Source: Yuukianura sp. NJ FZ-2021 (taxonomy: Eukaryota). Taken from it: a stretch of 64,000 nt of DNA. The stretch is from assembly GCA_046563655.1 (NCBI GenBank), contig CM102290.1, positions 11,036,001 through 11,100,000 on the forward strand, read 5' to 3'. This document shows positions 1 through 13,600 of the stretch, piece by piece (the first letter of the stretch is position 1; every line of letters begins with the position of its first letter). Under the pieces are notes generated by a model. That model was not told the origin of the DNA, did no database searches, and saw nothing but the letters and a program-made list of their open reading frames with translations. A program made the translations under genes and the position numbers.

Positions 1-1515
1 TTGAAGAAATTTTTGGCGGGAAGAGGCAAATATTACTTGGAACATTGAAGCGGTAACAATCATTTTGGAAACGAAATTTCGAAGAAATGGTATACAAATT
101 ATTTGAGAATGTGGAAATTTTGTGGAAAAACGAAATTTTTCTGCGGGAAAAGGGAGATTCGGAGTAGGATTAAAACGTTTTTCTAACGTGAGGATTTCCT
201 CATTTACTCAAGATTTGAGGATTTCGTCGAATGAGTCAGCAGCGCATGGCTGTTGATAAAGATCCTAATGTTAAGTTTTTCTTAACTCTAAATTCCTTTT
301 AAGAGTTCCACGTTCTCATTTTATGTTCTTGTTCTAAAATGTTGTTCAAATGTTGTTTCTGTGTAAATTTTGTCTAAAAAGTTGCATAATCTCAAGAGAG
401 ATGTGGTTCTCTGATTAATTCTTTTACCATCAACCATTTGCATTGTTCTCCTCCATCTCCGTCGTATTGTTCTCTTTTATGACGGCGTTGATAAGTCTCG
501 TAGTTTGTAGACTCGGGTTTTGTTTTACGGTCTATGGACTCTAGGGTTGTTCTGTTTTAGAAAGTAATTAGACCCTTGTTTTATTTCCATTTTTTAAAAT
601 ATTCTAAAAAAAAAGTTGAAAAGTGTAACGAGATCTGTGGAGCAGCCATGTTGTGGTTGAGCCACAGGTAGATTTTGTGGACTAAATTGTGTAGAGTGAC
701 TGTGCCTAATTACGTCTAAATAATTCGAATGGAAGTGACTCCAGTGGGCTGGAACATGCTTTCCAGTCCACTGGAGATGCAGATCCAGCAGGGCCCAATT
801 TCAAAGTTTGTTTTGAGGCTTTGGGCTTTGGTTGGGAATGGAACTGGATACGCTGGAGGCATGTCTTCTCTCCGATTTGGTTGTTCCCACTTTGAATTCA
901 AATGTAGTGAGATACGTTATGGATTTCTGGATCTGGTTATGGCATATTCCTGGATTTTCTGGAAGTATCACTTTATGTCACGGTGTCAGAGAATCTTTTG
1001 AAAAAAGAAGAAAGGAGAAAACTTTTGTTCGTCTTCCGGAAAGATATGAATCCGAAAAAGTTCTGGAAGGTGGGTGGTTTACGGTTAGATAGGAGTTGGT
1101 TCATTAAATTTGGTTGAGATTGGTTACAATCGTGAGATTAGGGCTGTCAACAACAGATTCTCGGAATAGTGTCACTAATTGTGAATTGTAAGTTAAAATT
1201 TGATTGGCAATGTTCGGAAGTTCTTGCAAATTGTTAGGTTGAAGTTTATTATACCAATGGTGGAAAGTTTTGCAATTATTAATTCAGCTTGAAATGATGT
1301 TTAAAAGTTAGCTGGATATTTAGTGAAATGCTAAATTTGAGGTCAAATTTTGTTTTTTGATATTTTAGTTTTTGAAATGAACTGATCACGTTAAAGCAAT
1401 TCATGTCAATTTTAAGATTTAACATATTACGTTAAGATTAGGCCACGCCGATATAAGTGAACTCGGACCTGAAATTTTTATTTTTAAAAAAAAATCTTTT
1501 TTTCGTTTTTTGTAG

Positions 1516-1644
1516 ATTCTGCTGTCGACTGCCTCACGCGCCGACTACTACGGAGACATTGAGATTGACCCGGGTCATCCCATTCTGCCCGACACACAAC
1601 TGGATCCCAGTGGTCGTTTCCTGTATGGTCTCAGCACTAACAAG
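1516..1644 (+). CDS. PlexB: PlexB exon, end of Sema domain ([43 protein letters not shown])
   Basis: tgtag acceptor, gtgagt donor, 43 codons, phase 0. Confidence 0.85.
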
Positions 1645-4600
1645 GTGAGTAAAAACTTAAGTGGGGGTGAAGATGAACTGAATTGGAATGAAGTTTCTTT
1701 TCTGGCCACCCTGTCAATTGAGAGGAATTGCCATTGAGGCTGTAAGGCTCAAGGGCTCCTTGGGGAGACTTCAGTGACCTCAATTGCAGAGGGAAGGCAA
1801 GGAAGGCTCCTCTGCCCATCATCAATTTTCATTCCGACTAAGGACAGGGGGAATCAATTTGAGAAGCTTAGGAGGAAATGAAATCAAATGCCCGGATACT
1901 ATGTTTACGAAGGCCGAGAGAGCGCCTCATAGTGAGTCTTTTGGATCCGTTCCAGAAAAAAAAGATACTGGGTTTTAAATTTTTAAATAATTTTGAAAAC
2001 GGAAACTGAAAATTATTTTCAATTTTCTGGGCAGCGGATATTGTTAAGGGTGTGGTCAAGGTTGCTAGAATTCTGTTGTTACCAAATCATTCAAATTTCA
2101 TCAAATTAACGAATTTTGTGTAGTGGGGTAAATTGAGATTTTGGAAGTTTAGTTATTTTGAAATTTTTTTTTGAGGGATTTTTGAAAATGGTGGGTAGTT
2201 TTGTAGTTGTGAATTTTGTAAAACAGAGTCATTTGTTTGTATGCTGCCAGTACCTGTTCCCCCACTTGGTTAGGTTGTGCAGTTTGGAAACATGGCACGT
2301 GACCTCTCCTGTCTCCTTCCCCTCTCTGGAGTAATGGACATTCTGAGCTGTATGCAGTTTAACGGTGGAAAAGTAGTGGGAAAAGGAGCGAGGCGTAAGT
2401 TGACTTGTAAGCAATTGAGCAGGCTCAAGCTCCTTTCCTTGTGCAAAAGGTTCCTGGAGAGGCAGAAATCGATTTAATCCTCACTAAATTTATGACACTG
2501 ACAGAAAACTCGAGAGAGTGTGAGGCAGGAAAGCGAACGGTTTTCCTTTTGGACGGAAGAACTTTAGAAACAAGGGGGGAGGTTTCCAGGTTTTCAGACT
2601 TTTCAAAATGGAAAACCGAAACAAAGTTTTGAGAAAGAAATCGAAATCTGGTTGGCCTAACTTAAACAACTTGGTTACATTTCGTATCCAGATTTGTTTT
2701 AAGTGCAAGCTATCGCAGCTAAAAAATTTCCTGGTGGAGCTGGAACTAGCTGACCAACTTGGTTGTTTAGCTAGAAATAGTTGGCCAGCTAAGTCCAACT
2801 TGATCAGCCATTGCCGTGGTCTAACTGGATCTAAGCAGCCAGCTTGGTTAGGTTAGAGTCACGTTCTTAGTAGCCAGCTAGGTCTAACGAAAAGCACAAG
2901 CTGAACTTGACGAGCTTTGCGGAAGCTAGAAATATTGCGACCAGCTTGGTCTAACAAAAACACAAGTTGAATTTGACGAGCTTGCCACCTTTAGAAATTG
3001 TGCGCGCAGCTTGGTCCGGCTTGAACATGTTGGTCAAACTAGCTGGACAGCCTTTATAGCCACTTTTGGTTAGTAACGTAAAGTGTCATTAGTGGACTCT
3101 TTGGTGCAAGTTTTTTGTTTTGACTGGCAGTTGTTGCAAGATGTTTACTTTTTTGTGCAATTTTTGTTGAGTACCATTGCATGATTTGGAAGCTTAGTAA
3201 TAACCTTTTCAATTTGAAGTTTGCTAGTTTTTTTATTTCCAGTTTTTTTTTAAATTGACGTTCGTTAAAGTGAATTCTACGTGGCGGAAGGGCTGAGTCA
3301 AAGCAAGAAGTTTAATTATGGTTTGTAAAGCAAAAGTACCACCACCGTGGTGGTTGGCTGTCATGCATTTTCCATACTTATTCAATTTCTGCCTCCTTTG
3401 TTACCAGCGGAAACCTTTCTGCATGAGTTATCTCATAAAAAGTATAAGCTGAAAGTATATGCTACGAACGCTAAGAACCTTCTACTTGAACTGAAGTCCA
3501 AATTGTAGGTTTCCACCATTATTTAAATAAGCATAAGTGGAAGTCATGTCTAAGGATCCCACTTAAGGAGGTCCTCTTCCAACCAAATGCTCTTCAATTT
3601 CCATTGTCTCACTCTTTTTTAGAACAGGTTCAATTCAATTTCCAAGAAAATTTGGAAGAAAATGGGTTCCTGTTAATGTTCATGTTCGGAGGAACAGAAA
3701 ACTGAAAAAGTCCCGGCGCTGGGTTTAATTTATAATTCTGAGGCGGTTGTTTTGATTTGAAAATAAATTGAAAGTGACCGCCTCCTCCCGCTTCTTCTGT
3801 GTTTCTTACTTTTTTACGTTTTGTTATGTTCAAAGTTAAGTTAGGCTAACATAACTTCCTGTTCTCATGATCGTCATGTCACCCGGAGCCAGCGGAAAGA
3901 GGTTGAACGGTTCCTGTTTAGTCACTAGGTTTTTTAAATTGTTATGTTTATTATATTATACATTGTACATGCATTAAGTCTAAGGTTAAGCGAGGTGTGC
4001 CGAGGCACTCTTTTTGCTTTACTTTTTTTTTTTGAATGTGCACCGTGGACCGTGGGCAGAACGTCCACGGCCAAACGCACATAAAAAGTCTTTTTCTTCG
4101 AGTCGTGTGAAATTTATGAGGGATTTATGCTCAGGCTTTCACGCCTCCTTTCTCACATGCACGTCACGCAGAGGCTACAAGGGGAGGAAGTACGAAAGTA
4201 ACGAGGAACTGAAACGGCTTCGTTTTTTATTAAATAAAATTATTGGAGAAAGTAACCTAACCAAATAGGCTAAAAAACAGGGACGTTAGGTTTAGCGTTT
4301 AGGTTTTTATGGTTTCTGGAATTATGGAAAAACAAGCCCGGGAGAAAGCAGAGGAAGGGAAGACAATGAAGAACTCGAAATTGAAAGAAATAGGAGTTCT
4401 TTTTTGTGTGAGGCGGATTTTAAATTCTTGGCGGCCAGAAAGGAAGCAACAGGTTTGAAAAGCTCTTTGAAATGGAAAGTTACGTTGGATTTTAATTTAA
4501 AATCGAAGTTTTGCTTAGGGGTTAGGTTAGGGGGGTCAAATTTTGAAATGGTGCTGAGGGGGAGTTTTGGTAGCTGGGGAATTGTACTTTCGCCTAAAGT

Positions 4601-7600
4601 GAAAGTGACACTAACTTTGTCTTCAGTAGTGTTTTCAGCGTTGTCAAGAAACGCGGGAAGTGAATAGGGAGAAGCAGTAGAAGCGTCATTGTTATTACAC
4701 AACCAACCCCTCCATAGTCCTTGCCAAAACAATGAAACAAAAGGAGAAAGTTTCCATTTCAATATTTTTTGGTGAAAGGAAAACAAAATCCGAAAAGGTG
4801 GCGGCGGGAAATTCAAAAGGAAATTGTTTGAAAAGAAACACCGCACTCTCAATGTCTTCACTCTTTCTCCTCCATTTCGAGAAATAGGAGGCTATTCTTC
4901 CTACTTTGTACAAAAATCTTTCTGCTTTCAGAAAAAAATTGCAGTCTTAGAGAAAATCGTTTACTTTAAGGAAAATCTACTTTCTAAAAAGATTTTCAGA
5001 TTTTCTGGGAATTTTTTTAGAATCTTGGAAAAAATGGAGAATTTTTAGAAATGTCCAACTGAAGTTGTAACGAACTTCTGAGCTAACCTTACGTTGACCA
5101 TCTAATGGGAAACTTGGCTCTTCCTTAACCTAACGTAGGCTAACTAAGATAGGGACGAAGAAGGGGGCGGTGAACAATACTGTAGGTGGGGGGAGTAGTT
5201 TAAGGTAATCTAATGTAAAAGCAGTTTCCTGAACCCGCACTTTCGATGTAGATAATCTCTTATGGGGAGGAAAGTGCGACGCTGACGTACATTTTTTTAG
5301 AGGAAACTCCAGACTCATGACATTTAAAAGTTGAACCGGGAAATGGATGCGGGCGGGTTTTTAATTTTTTTTCTTGCTAAAACCGAAAATCGGCTGGGAG
5401 AATGTGAAGTAAAGACTGGATTTTGTCCAACTGTGTCCAAATGCTGGTTCTTTGATTTTTTGGTTGCTTTGTGCTGCAGCAGTGCCAAAGTTCCTTACTT
5501 AGTTTCCGGTTGATTTGTTGTTTTGGACGGTTGTTGTTCCGATGGAGGAGGCTTGGACCATGTGAGACAGCGTCTGGACGACGTGTCTTTTGAGGCTTGA
5601 AAGGAGTAGAGTGAAAGAAGGCGGGAAAGATAGGTTAGGTTGGAGAGAAAATACGTTAGTTTAAGTTAGGCTAGGAGAAAAGATAGGTTAGGTTAGCGGG
5701 AAAGATAAGTGGACTGACTTCTTCTGGAAGGGCGCACATCTGCTGCTGAAACTGGCTCAAATCAAATACCTATTCTCTGCTGGTCTAGAACAGATTTAAT
5801 CCCCTTGATAGCCTCCTTTCTCCTGCTAAAAAAGGAAGGACTTTCTTCTCCTTGCAGCACAAGGGACAAGCTTTCACTTTACGCGCCTAACATTATTAGC
5901 TAGAAAGTTGGAGATTAGAAGTGTTGCGGCTGCCTTGGAAACTCCACCAACCACCACCATGTATACTAGTACCACCGGTACAAACTAGTCATTAGTGGCT
6001 CCCTAATGTTACTCGGAATTTTACGCCTCACTACACACCAAAAAGTAGCTGCCTTGTATTACGCAATTTTTGTGAAACGTAGATCCAGCACAGGAAGCGC
6101 TGATGAACTGTGATGGCGTCGATACATGATCCATTGGCCGAAATCCGCCAAAAGGTGGCCACGATTGGGCAGATTTAGGTTAACAATTTGGCAAACAGAG
6201 AAAAAATTTGGTAAAAATGATGTGCGGAAAGAAATTTGCTAGAAACCGACTGAAATTGAAACTAAATTTGAAATAACAATTTGGTTTGTTGGACACTTTT
6301 TTTCGTTTTTGCGAGTGGAAGGTTGAAGTTGCCGCCGTATCTAAAAGGTTTTATTTTTTGAAAGTATTTTTGGCTCTTTAGAGCATAAACTAAAATAGTT
6401 GTTGTTTCCATTGGTTTGAAAGAGGAGTGGGGAGTAGAGGAAGAAGTCAGAAGTCACTGGTTCACTGCCTCGTAAAGAGTAATTGAAGTCATTAATTTAA
6501 GAGACAGGGAACGTCCCAATTTGTTACGTTTGACAATCCCCAACTACTGTGCCATCCTGCCCTGCTGGCAGGTAGTACGACGGATGATGACACACGGATT
6601 CCACGGGAGATGGTCTGGCTCATACGCAACTTCATAACTTTTCATTTCATTTGAGCATATGTAGCCTAACCTAAGTTCTCATTTCATGCGGACATATGTA
6701 GCTTCTGTGGTTACAATTATTAGAACCAACAAACTCAAAACACTATAAACTGGAGCCAAGAACCCGGGTATGGAGCCAATTCTGAACCATGTTAGCCATA
6801 TCTCACTCTCCATGCTCTCCTTAGAATTCTCATGCTAGACCTCCATGCCGTGTCAAATTATTATTTTCTCCTCAGCCATCTCGCCCATTCATCTTTCAAA
6901 ACCATTTCCAAATCTTAACGGTACCATTTCCAAAAGTTTTACATCTAAAAAGTTCAATGGAAGCTGAAGGTGGACCAATATCTTCGCAAACGACGTTCAA
7001 AGTGTTGAAGGAATTGGCAGCGACATCTCTGGTTTGAGTTTGAGCGGTGTAATGTTGTAGTTACAGTTAATCATGCGCAACGTGTCTTCAGAATGTGTTC
7101 ATATGCACTGCATATTACGCAGGCATATAATCACACCTTCAAAAACTTTGTTTTTCAACCTTTTCAACGTTATAGTTTGGTTGTATCACTCTCGCTACTT
7201 TCAAGATTTTGATTTCATCGTGATTTTCAGATTTCCGGTTTATCCGTAGTTGGTAGATTTTGGTTTTGTATGAAAAGATTCCGGTTTTATGACAGTTTCA
7301 AGATTTTGGATCATTTGTGGATTTTGGTTTTCCTTTTCGTAGTTTGTAGATTCGGGTTTTAGTTTTCGTAGTTTGTTGATTCTGGTTTTAGTTTTCGTAG
7401 TTTTCGAAGTTTGTGGATCTCGGTTTTTCCTAGTTGTTTGTTTTTGGAGTTGACTTTTTTTGCAGTTTGTAGTTTTTGGTTTTTATCTTAGTTGGTTGAT
7501 TTGGGCTTAATTTCGGCTTTATCCCAGCTTGTACTGATAGATTCCGGGTTTATCAATGGAAGGAAGGGTTTTGATCACGCAGCTCCTGTTTTATCGGTAC

Positions 7601-10600
7601 GACGAAAGCAGTTTCGGTTTTATCAGAACTCTGAACGTGGTTTCCGTTAGGACGAACAATGTGTTTGGAACGACAAAGCGAAAGTTTGGTTCGCCCGGTA
7701 CAGAAAAATGGAAGCTGGTTTCATTGGTGGAAGGAGGAAATGACCTTTGACATTAGGAGTCTTTGTGAATAGTGCTGTCTATTGCTTGTGGCACAATGAA
7801 GATTTGTCGTTGATTTGGAAGAGGCAGATGGGGGCTTGTGTCTGTTCTACTATGTCGCGGCTATGCGTCATTTGTGCGGGTTCTGGAAGACCTCCTGATT
7901 CAGGTCTCCGTGCAGCACTGATGCCCATCTCTGCATTTTTTGTTTGCTAAGCAATGTTTGAAGCTTGAATTTTGCACAAGCTGTAACCTTGTCTTGAGTT
8001 GCGAGAAAAAGTGCAAATTCGATCTTGACCTTTGACCTTTGTAGCTAATAATTTACGGGTTTTGTGATTTTGCAGGTTGTCAAAGTGCGGGTAGAACAGT
8101 GCGAAGTCCACAGCAACTGCTCAACATGTCTCAGCTCAAGGGATCCCTACTGCGGTTGGTGCTCATTGGAAAAGGGGTAAGATTTTGAATTTTTGAAATT
8201 TTTAAAATTTGGGTCAAGTGGTTTGTGAAATGCAGAATTTCAGCAAAGTAGGATCGTAATAACAAAGTTTTGACTGGAAAATACTCAAAATAGTTTCTTG
8301 GAATCGAGAATGTTTCTTTTCCAAGTCAAAATATTGAAAAATGATGAAACGGTTAGATTTTTCTTTTTAATTTAAAAAATTATGTTTATTCAAATGGCTT
8401 CCGAGGGATTTATGATTTCGAAAACATTTTGGTTCAAACTGAATGTATAGTAGAGGAGATACGCGAATCCATTTTCGATGACAAATGTGAAAGCCTTCTT
8501 TCTAGACGATGTTAGACTTTTGGGTTAGTCTAGTTCTGAGAGTTTTCAGGAAAAAAAATATAGAAAAAGTAGAGAAAAAAAACACATTTTTTAAGAACAT
8601 TTTTTTGCAAAGAAAAAGGGAAAAACATGCAAGAGATTTGCTTGTTTCAAAATTAGGCCGCATCTGTAGCACCTCCTTCAGAGAAAGCTGCTTTCTCTTT
8701 GTCTTCTTTTTTTTTTTGGCTCAACTTTGTCTCGGATGGAAATAAAAAGGGCGGGTAAGGCTGAAAGTTGCCTAGAAGAAATTGGGTTAAGTCAAATTAA
8801 ATTAAGGTTTCCTTCCTGTTTCTTCGTTTTCCTCTTTTTCCCAACTCTGTCAGAATAACAGTTTGAAACATTTTCATTTTTGGAGTCTCTGCTTTCCTTC
8901 TTTGGCTACAGACTGCCTAGATTCGCTTCTATCTCGCTCCAGTTTTTTTTCTGCTTTCTCCTGCAGAATTTTGCGGAAAATTTTTGGGGAGAAAGGCGGA
9001 AATTGGGCGGGAGATGCTTCCATGTATTTGAATGAGGTTGGCTACAGCCGGTTGCGGTTGTCTTATTCTTTTCCGTTCTTCTTAAGAACTAACTTCTCTT
9101 ACTTTAGTTTGGTTTATGTTTAGCTAGGGAAGGAAGGAGGGAGAGGCAAGACAGGACGTTTGGCAAAGTAATTCCTTCGATAGCGTTTTCTCCTGACAGG
9201 AGAAAGGAAATTCAATTAGGAATAATATTTAGGAAATCCAAAGGAGAAAGTAAAACAAAAGCTGCTTCTATAACTTCTTTTGTTCAATTAGAAACACTTT
9301 TCCGTTTTGAAAAGAAAAATATTTAGAGAGGAAAAAATGAAGCAATAACTTACTGAAAATTGAGGCATTTCCAATTTTAGATACGGGTTTTAATAAATTT
9401 CGGAAAAAAAATGGGAAAAGAACCAAATTGGGGGAACAGGAACATTTTAAGAGAAATTTCTTTTTCAATGGCGCTTTGGTTTGAAATTGGCGTTGGATTC
9501 GAACTGCCAGTGCTTCTTTTTTTTTGTTTCCATTTTTTTCTACTCCAGATTGTAAATTCTACTGCAAATTTAGTTGCAGATTTTCAAATCTGCATAAATA
9601 TTCAAATGTTTTCCAAACTCACATCTTACATTTGAAATTCTGATTGAATTATCAGACAACAAATTTCAGAGTCTGAATTTTTTTGTAAAAAAAATTTAAC
9701 GTTACACTTAAAATGTAATTGTAGTTTTTTTATGCATATCAAAATACGGCGTAGAACTATTTCTGATTTTTTTAAACCTCTTTTTTAGATTTGTTTGTTA
9801 GTTTCTTAGAAGGAATATTACTGCGAAATTTGAATACGTCGCAATATGTACTATAGAATTACTCTGTTAGTTTTAAACCAGACATTCTTGATTATGAAAA
9901 GCTCAGGAAACGAAAGGCGTGTGTAGAATGTCACAATTTTTAAATTCTACCCTAAAATTATGGTAGAACTTAAAATTTTGTGTCATTTGATGATGCTTGT
10001 TGAAGAAAAAGAAAAAAGGTTCTGGGGTTTTGCACAATGAAATTTTGTGAAAGTCTTTGATTCTTAATTTGAAAGATGGTTGAATGGATTGAGAGGGAAT
10101 AGAATTCCGGATGAAGGAAGACAAGTTGAAAGCAAAAAAAAAAGTTTCAGCGGTTTTTTTTTTCGTTGTTTGGAGTCAAAAGGAACTTTTTCCAGTAGTT
10201 TTTTGTGAGTTGTTGGGAGAAAGCCTGCTTTCTCCACAAGCGAACCCAAAAAGGTTGCTGCTTGGAGCTCTGATCTCTCCGAGACTGACGACGACGTTTT
10301 ATGGTCCAATTAAGACGAAAATGGTTTTGAAATTTCCGCCAGTCGGAAGTGTTCCCGCTCCTCCTCCGCTCACAGGGAAAGAGGAGTGAGGCTGAGTGTT
10401 TCTATTAATTCCTTTATGACCTTGGAAGGGGCTCATAAATGGGCATTAGGCAGAGACGAGCTCCCGCTCCCACTGTCTCCCGCTCCTCGAGTTCCATTTA
10501 ATGGACTTTCTCCAGGACTTTTCCCACCAATATTTCATCATTTCCACAAACTTATTTCTCGAAATGGCAACTTCCATGTTAGACCGAGAAAAGGGAGAGC

Positions 10601-13600
10601 GGGAATTGAGGTTTCTGGGCCAATTCCAAGTATGTTCTCACTCTTAACTTCTCTCAATTAAATCTTGATTTCGGCGGGAAAGTTTGGAGGAGGCGAAATG
10701 GAGAAAGGCAAGTGAAGACGGATCAAAAGTTAAGACCTACAAACATGGTTCAGTGAAACAAGAAAATAATGGCAAAAGGCGAGACGTTAAGCGGGAACTA
10801 GAATTCAAAAAGCATTTTTTTTTTGAATTTTTTCAAAATGTGAAGGAAATTGAAAGAGAGTAATTTGAGTGAAATTTATGCGGGAGAGTTTGACTTTGAG
10901 TGGGACTTGGGAGGAAGAGGTTCCATTTAAGAGTGGTCTTTGTTGAGTAGTTGTAGTTTAATAGGCTCTACTTCCGTTTCCTAGGCCAAAGAAAGACTAG
11001 TTTCTGTGTTGCTTAAGCGGGGCGGAAGGACGCTCTTCTTCTTACTGGAGACAATTCTCGGAAACTTTCTGTGTGTCGACATTCTTGTCCGGAACGACAG
11101 AGCTTTAACTCCTTTGGCTTCATTTCCAATTGGCTGTTGACTGCACAATACATCTACACCCTCACCAAAGCACATCGATTTTGGTTTTAGATTCGAGTGT
11201 TTCAGATTTTAATTTCATTTTAGTTTTATTCAGTTAACATTAAACGAAACGTATGTTAGTTTTATCGAGAGCGTTTTTGGCTTATCGAGAAAGCGAAAGA
11301 GTAGGCGTGCCGCGGTGGCCTGAGTATTTTTGTTTTATCGAGAGTCTGGGTCCTAGCGATTCCTGTGTTTAGTTGTGTCGAGAGTTATTCGAGAACTTTG
11401 GTTTTATCGCGATCACTTTAGTATAGTTATATTGATAGCACGTGGGTACATACAGCTTTATCGGAGAGACTGCGGATGTATCGAGATAGTATTTTGGTTT
11501 TATCGAGAGTATGTGGGTTTTATCGAGATGAGTTGAGGTGTGGTTGCATGGCCACTCCTTCTGCATTGTTTTCATGAGAAGACTCACGATGTATGTCATG
11601 AGTATCTTGGGCTTTTCGAGCGGGTTTGAGTATCGAAGGTTTGCTGTACGTCCGCCAGAGGCCGCAAGGGAGTGTGAATCCTACGATGAAACAGTAGTAG
11701 TGTGGTAAGATTAGGTAGGTGAAGACGCTACAGTTGATGATCTGCTGGTGACAGGAGAAAGAAACAAAGGAAGGGCGGGGGAGGTCTGGCATTAATTATC
11801 CAAAGACTGTATCTCTACCTCGGGCTCCCGCTACACTTCCTGCTTCCTTCTTCTTATTCATTCTTAGTACTTTCCTCCAGAGAAGAAAGTTTCTTTCAGA
11901 TTGGAATCTCGCACAGGAACACCCTACTACTTTCACAACAGCACAAAAGTCTCCTTTTTCCCTTCCAGAAGTTGGCATGACACGGAGAGTCGCAGGGGGC
12001 GGTGGAATTCAAATGAGCCAAGACTATTCTTCCGTAGTTCCTCCTTCCCCGGGGGAACAATGGGAATGTTCTCAAACCTCATTTCAAATCTATAAGATGC
12101 AGTATGGAAGTCTACAAAAAAATAAAGGTTTTGAAGAAGCAAATGAACCGAGATTTGAACCCGCGGACGCGGAATTGGGAAATTGTAAACATTGAACCAA
12201 AAACTAGCAAAATTTTAGTTTTTTTGTGGAAAGTTAGGATCGCCCAGGATCGCTTTCACTGAAGTTTTATTCGGCTAATGACAAGAGAGATTAGCCATCG
12301 TCGACCAGCTTGAGCCACCATTCTCACTGAGTGACAACATCTTTTGCCATCAATTTCCCATCTCCCGTTGCATTTTGTGGGGTGTGAATGGGTAATGAAC
12401 GCGGGGAAAACATTCAAAACGGCACTCCCCGCTACGACGGCCGCCAAAGATGGATGATCCCTCCTGATCACCACCAAAAGTTGATCATCCTGATCCACCA
12501 TCATGTGGACAGGCTGGAGCTTATTGAATTTGTGCCCGCCGGTTTTTAAATTAACGGACCCATGTGGATTATGGTAGATTTGTTGAAAAAGGTTAGCTTA
12601 GAGGATTAGAGTTCATGTTCCCGCCGTTCTGCACTTTGAGTTTGAAGGGGATGAGGATTGGAAAAGCTTCGTGAGATGTCATCTTCTTCAAAGAAATTTT
12701 GTGTCAGATGCTGGACCAAGGATGCTGGCAAAACATAAACTTAGGTAAGGTCTACTCCCTCCTTGATACAGCAGGGAGAGGACGGGAGGTCAATTCCATG
12801 GTCTGCCTGCTTTGAAGCTTCAAGTCAGCTTGGCCTCAGATGATGTTCCTCCATCCGCATTTCTGTAATAAAATATTGATTAGAGGCTCATCTTGGGCGG
12901 TGGAGGAAGAAGCGGGAAGATTTTGGTCCTTTGAAGATACTAGGTTTGGTTTTTCTTTTTATTACACCGAAGGGGTCCGTTTGGTTCTGGTCTGTGTAGG
13001 ATTTGGGAAGTTTTATGGTTTGGGGTAGGAAGACTTAAATTGGAGGCATTTGAGTAAATTGGATCTGATTCCAATAAACAGGTCTTCCCATCTACGTATT
13101 ATTACAACTCTGGTGGGTTTTATGTCCGGAGCAGGCGCAGTGGGCTTAGGGTTGACCCAGGGACAAATCCCGAACTCATCATCTCTCCTAAAACTGGGCG
13201 CTACAGACCTCGTAGGTTATGATCAACCCACTCGATGAACATAGTGAATGGGTTCCATTATTTATGATTGGATGGAAATGGAGTGATGGCGGCTCAACAA
13301 CTCCATCATCATGTTCGGCCGACTTATCTTCCATGTAGTATCTTACTCATCTTCCTGGAAAATATCATTTGTAAGGGTGGACCAGATCGATGGTTGGGGC
13401 TTTAGGAAGTATGAACCAATATTTCTAAAAGAGCATTTTGTGCTAAATGGATATTGGTCTGGTTGAGGTTGGAATTGATGCTGGACTGGAAGGAAAAAGT
13501 CACTGACCTCGTGAGACTTTGCTGGTCAAGTGTGTGTAGTCACCTGTCAGGTCATATCATTGTGTCGGTTTCATAATTGAAAAACAACTGTTAGGCCAGG

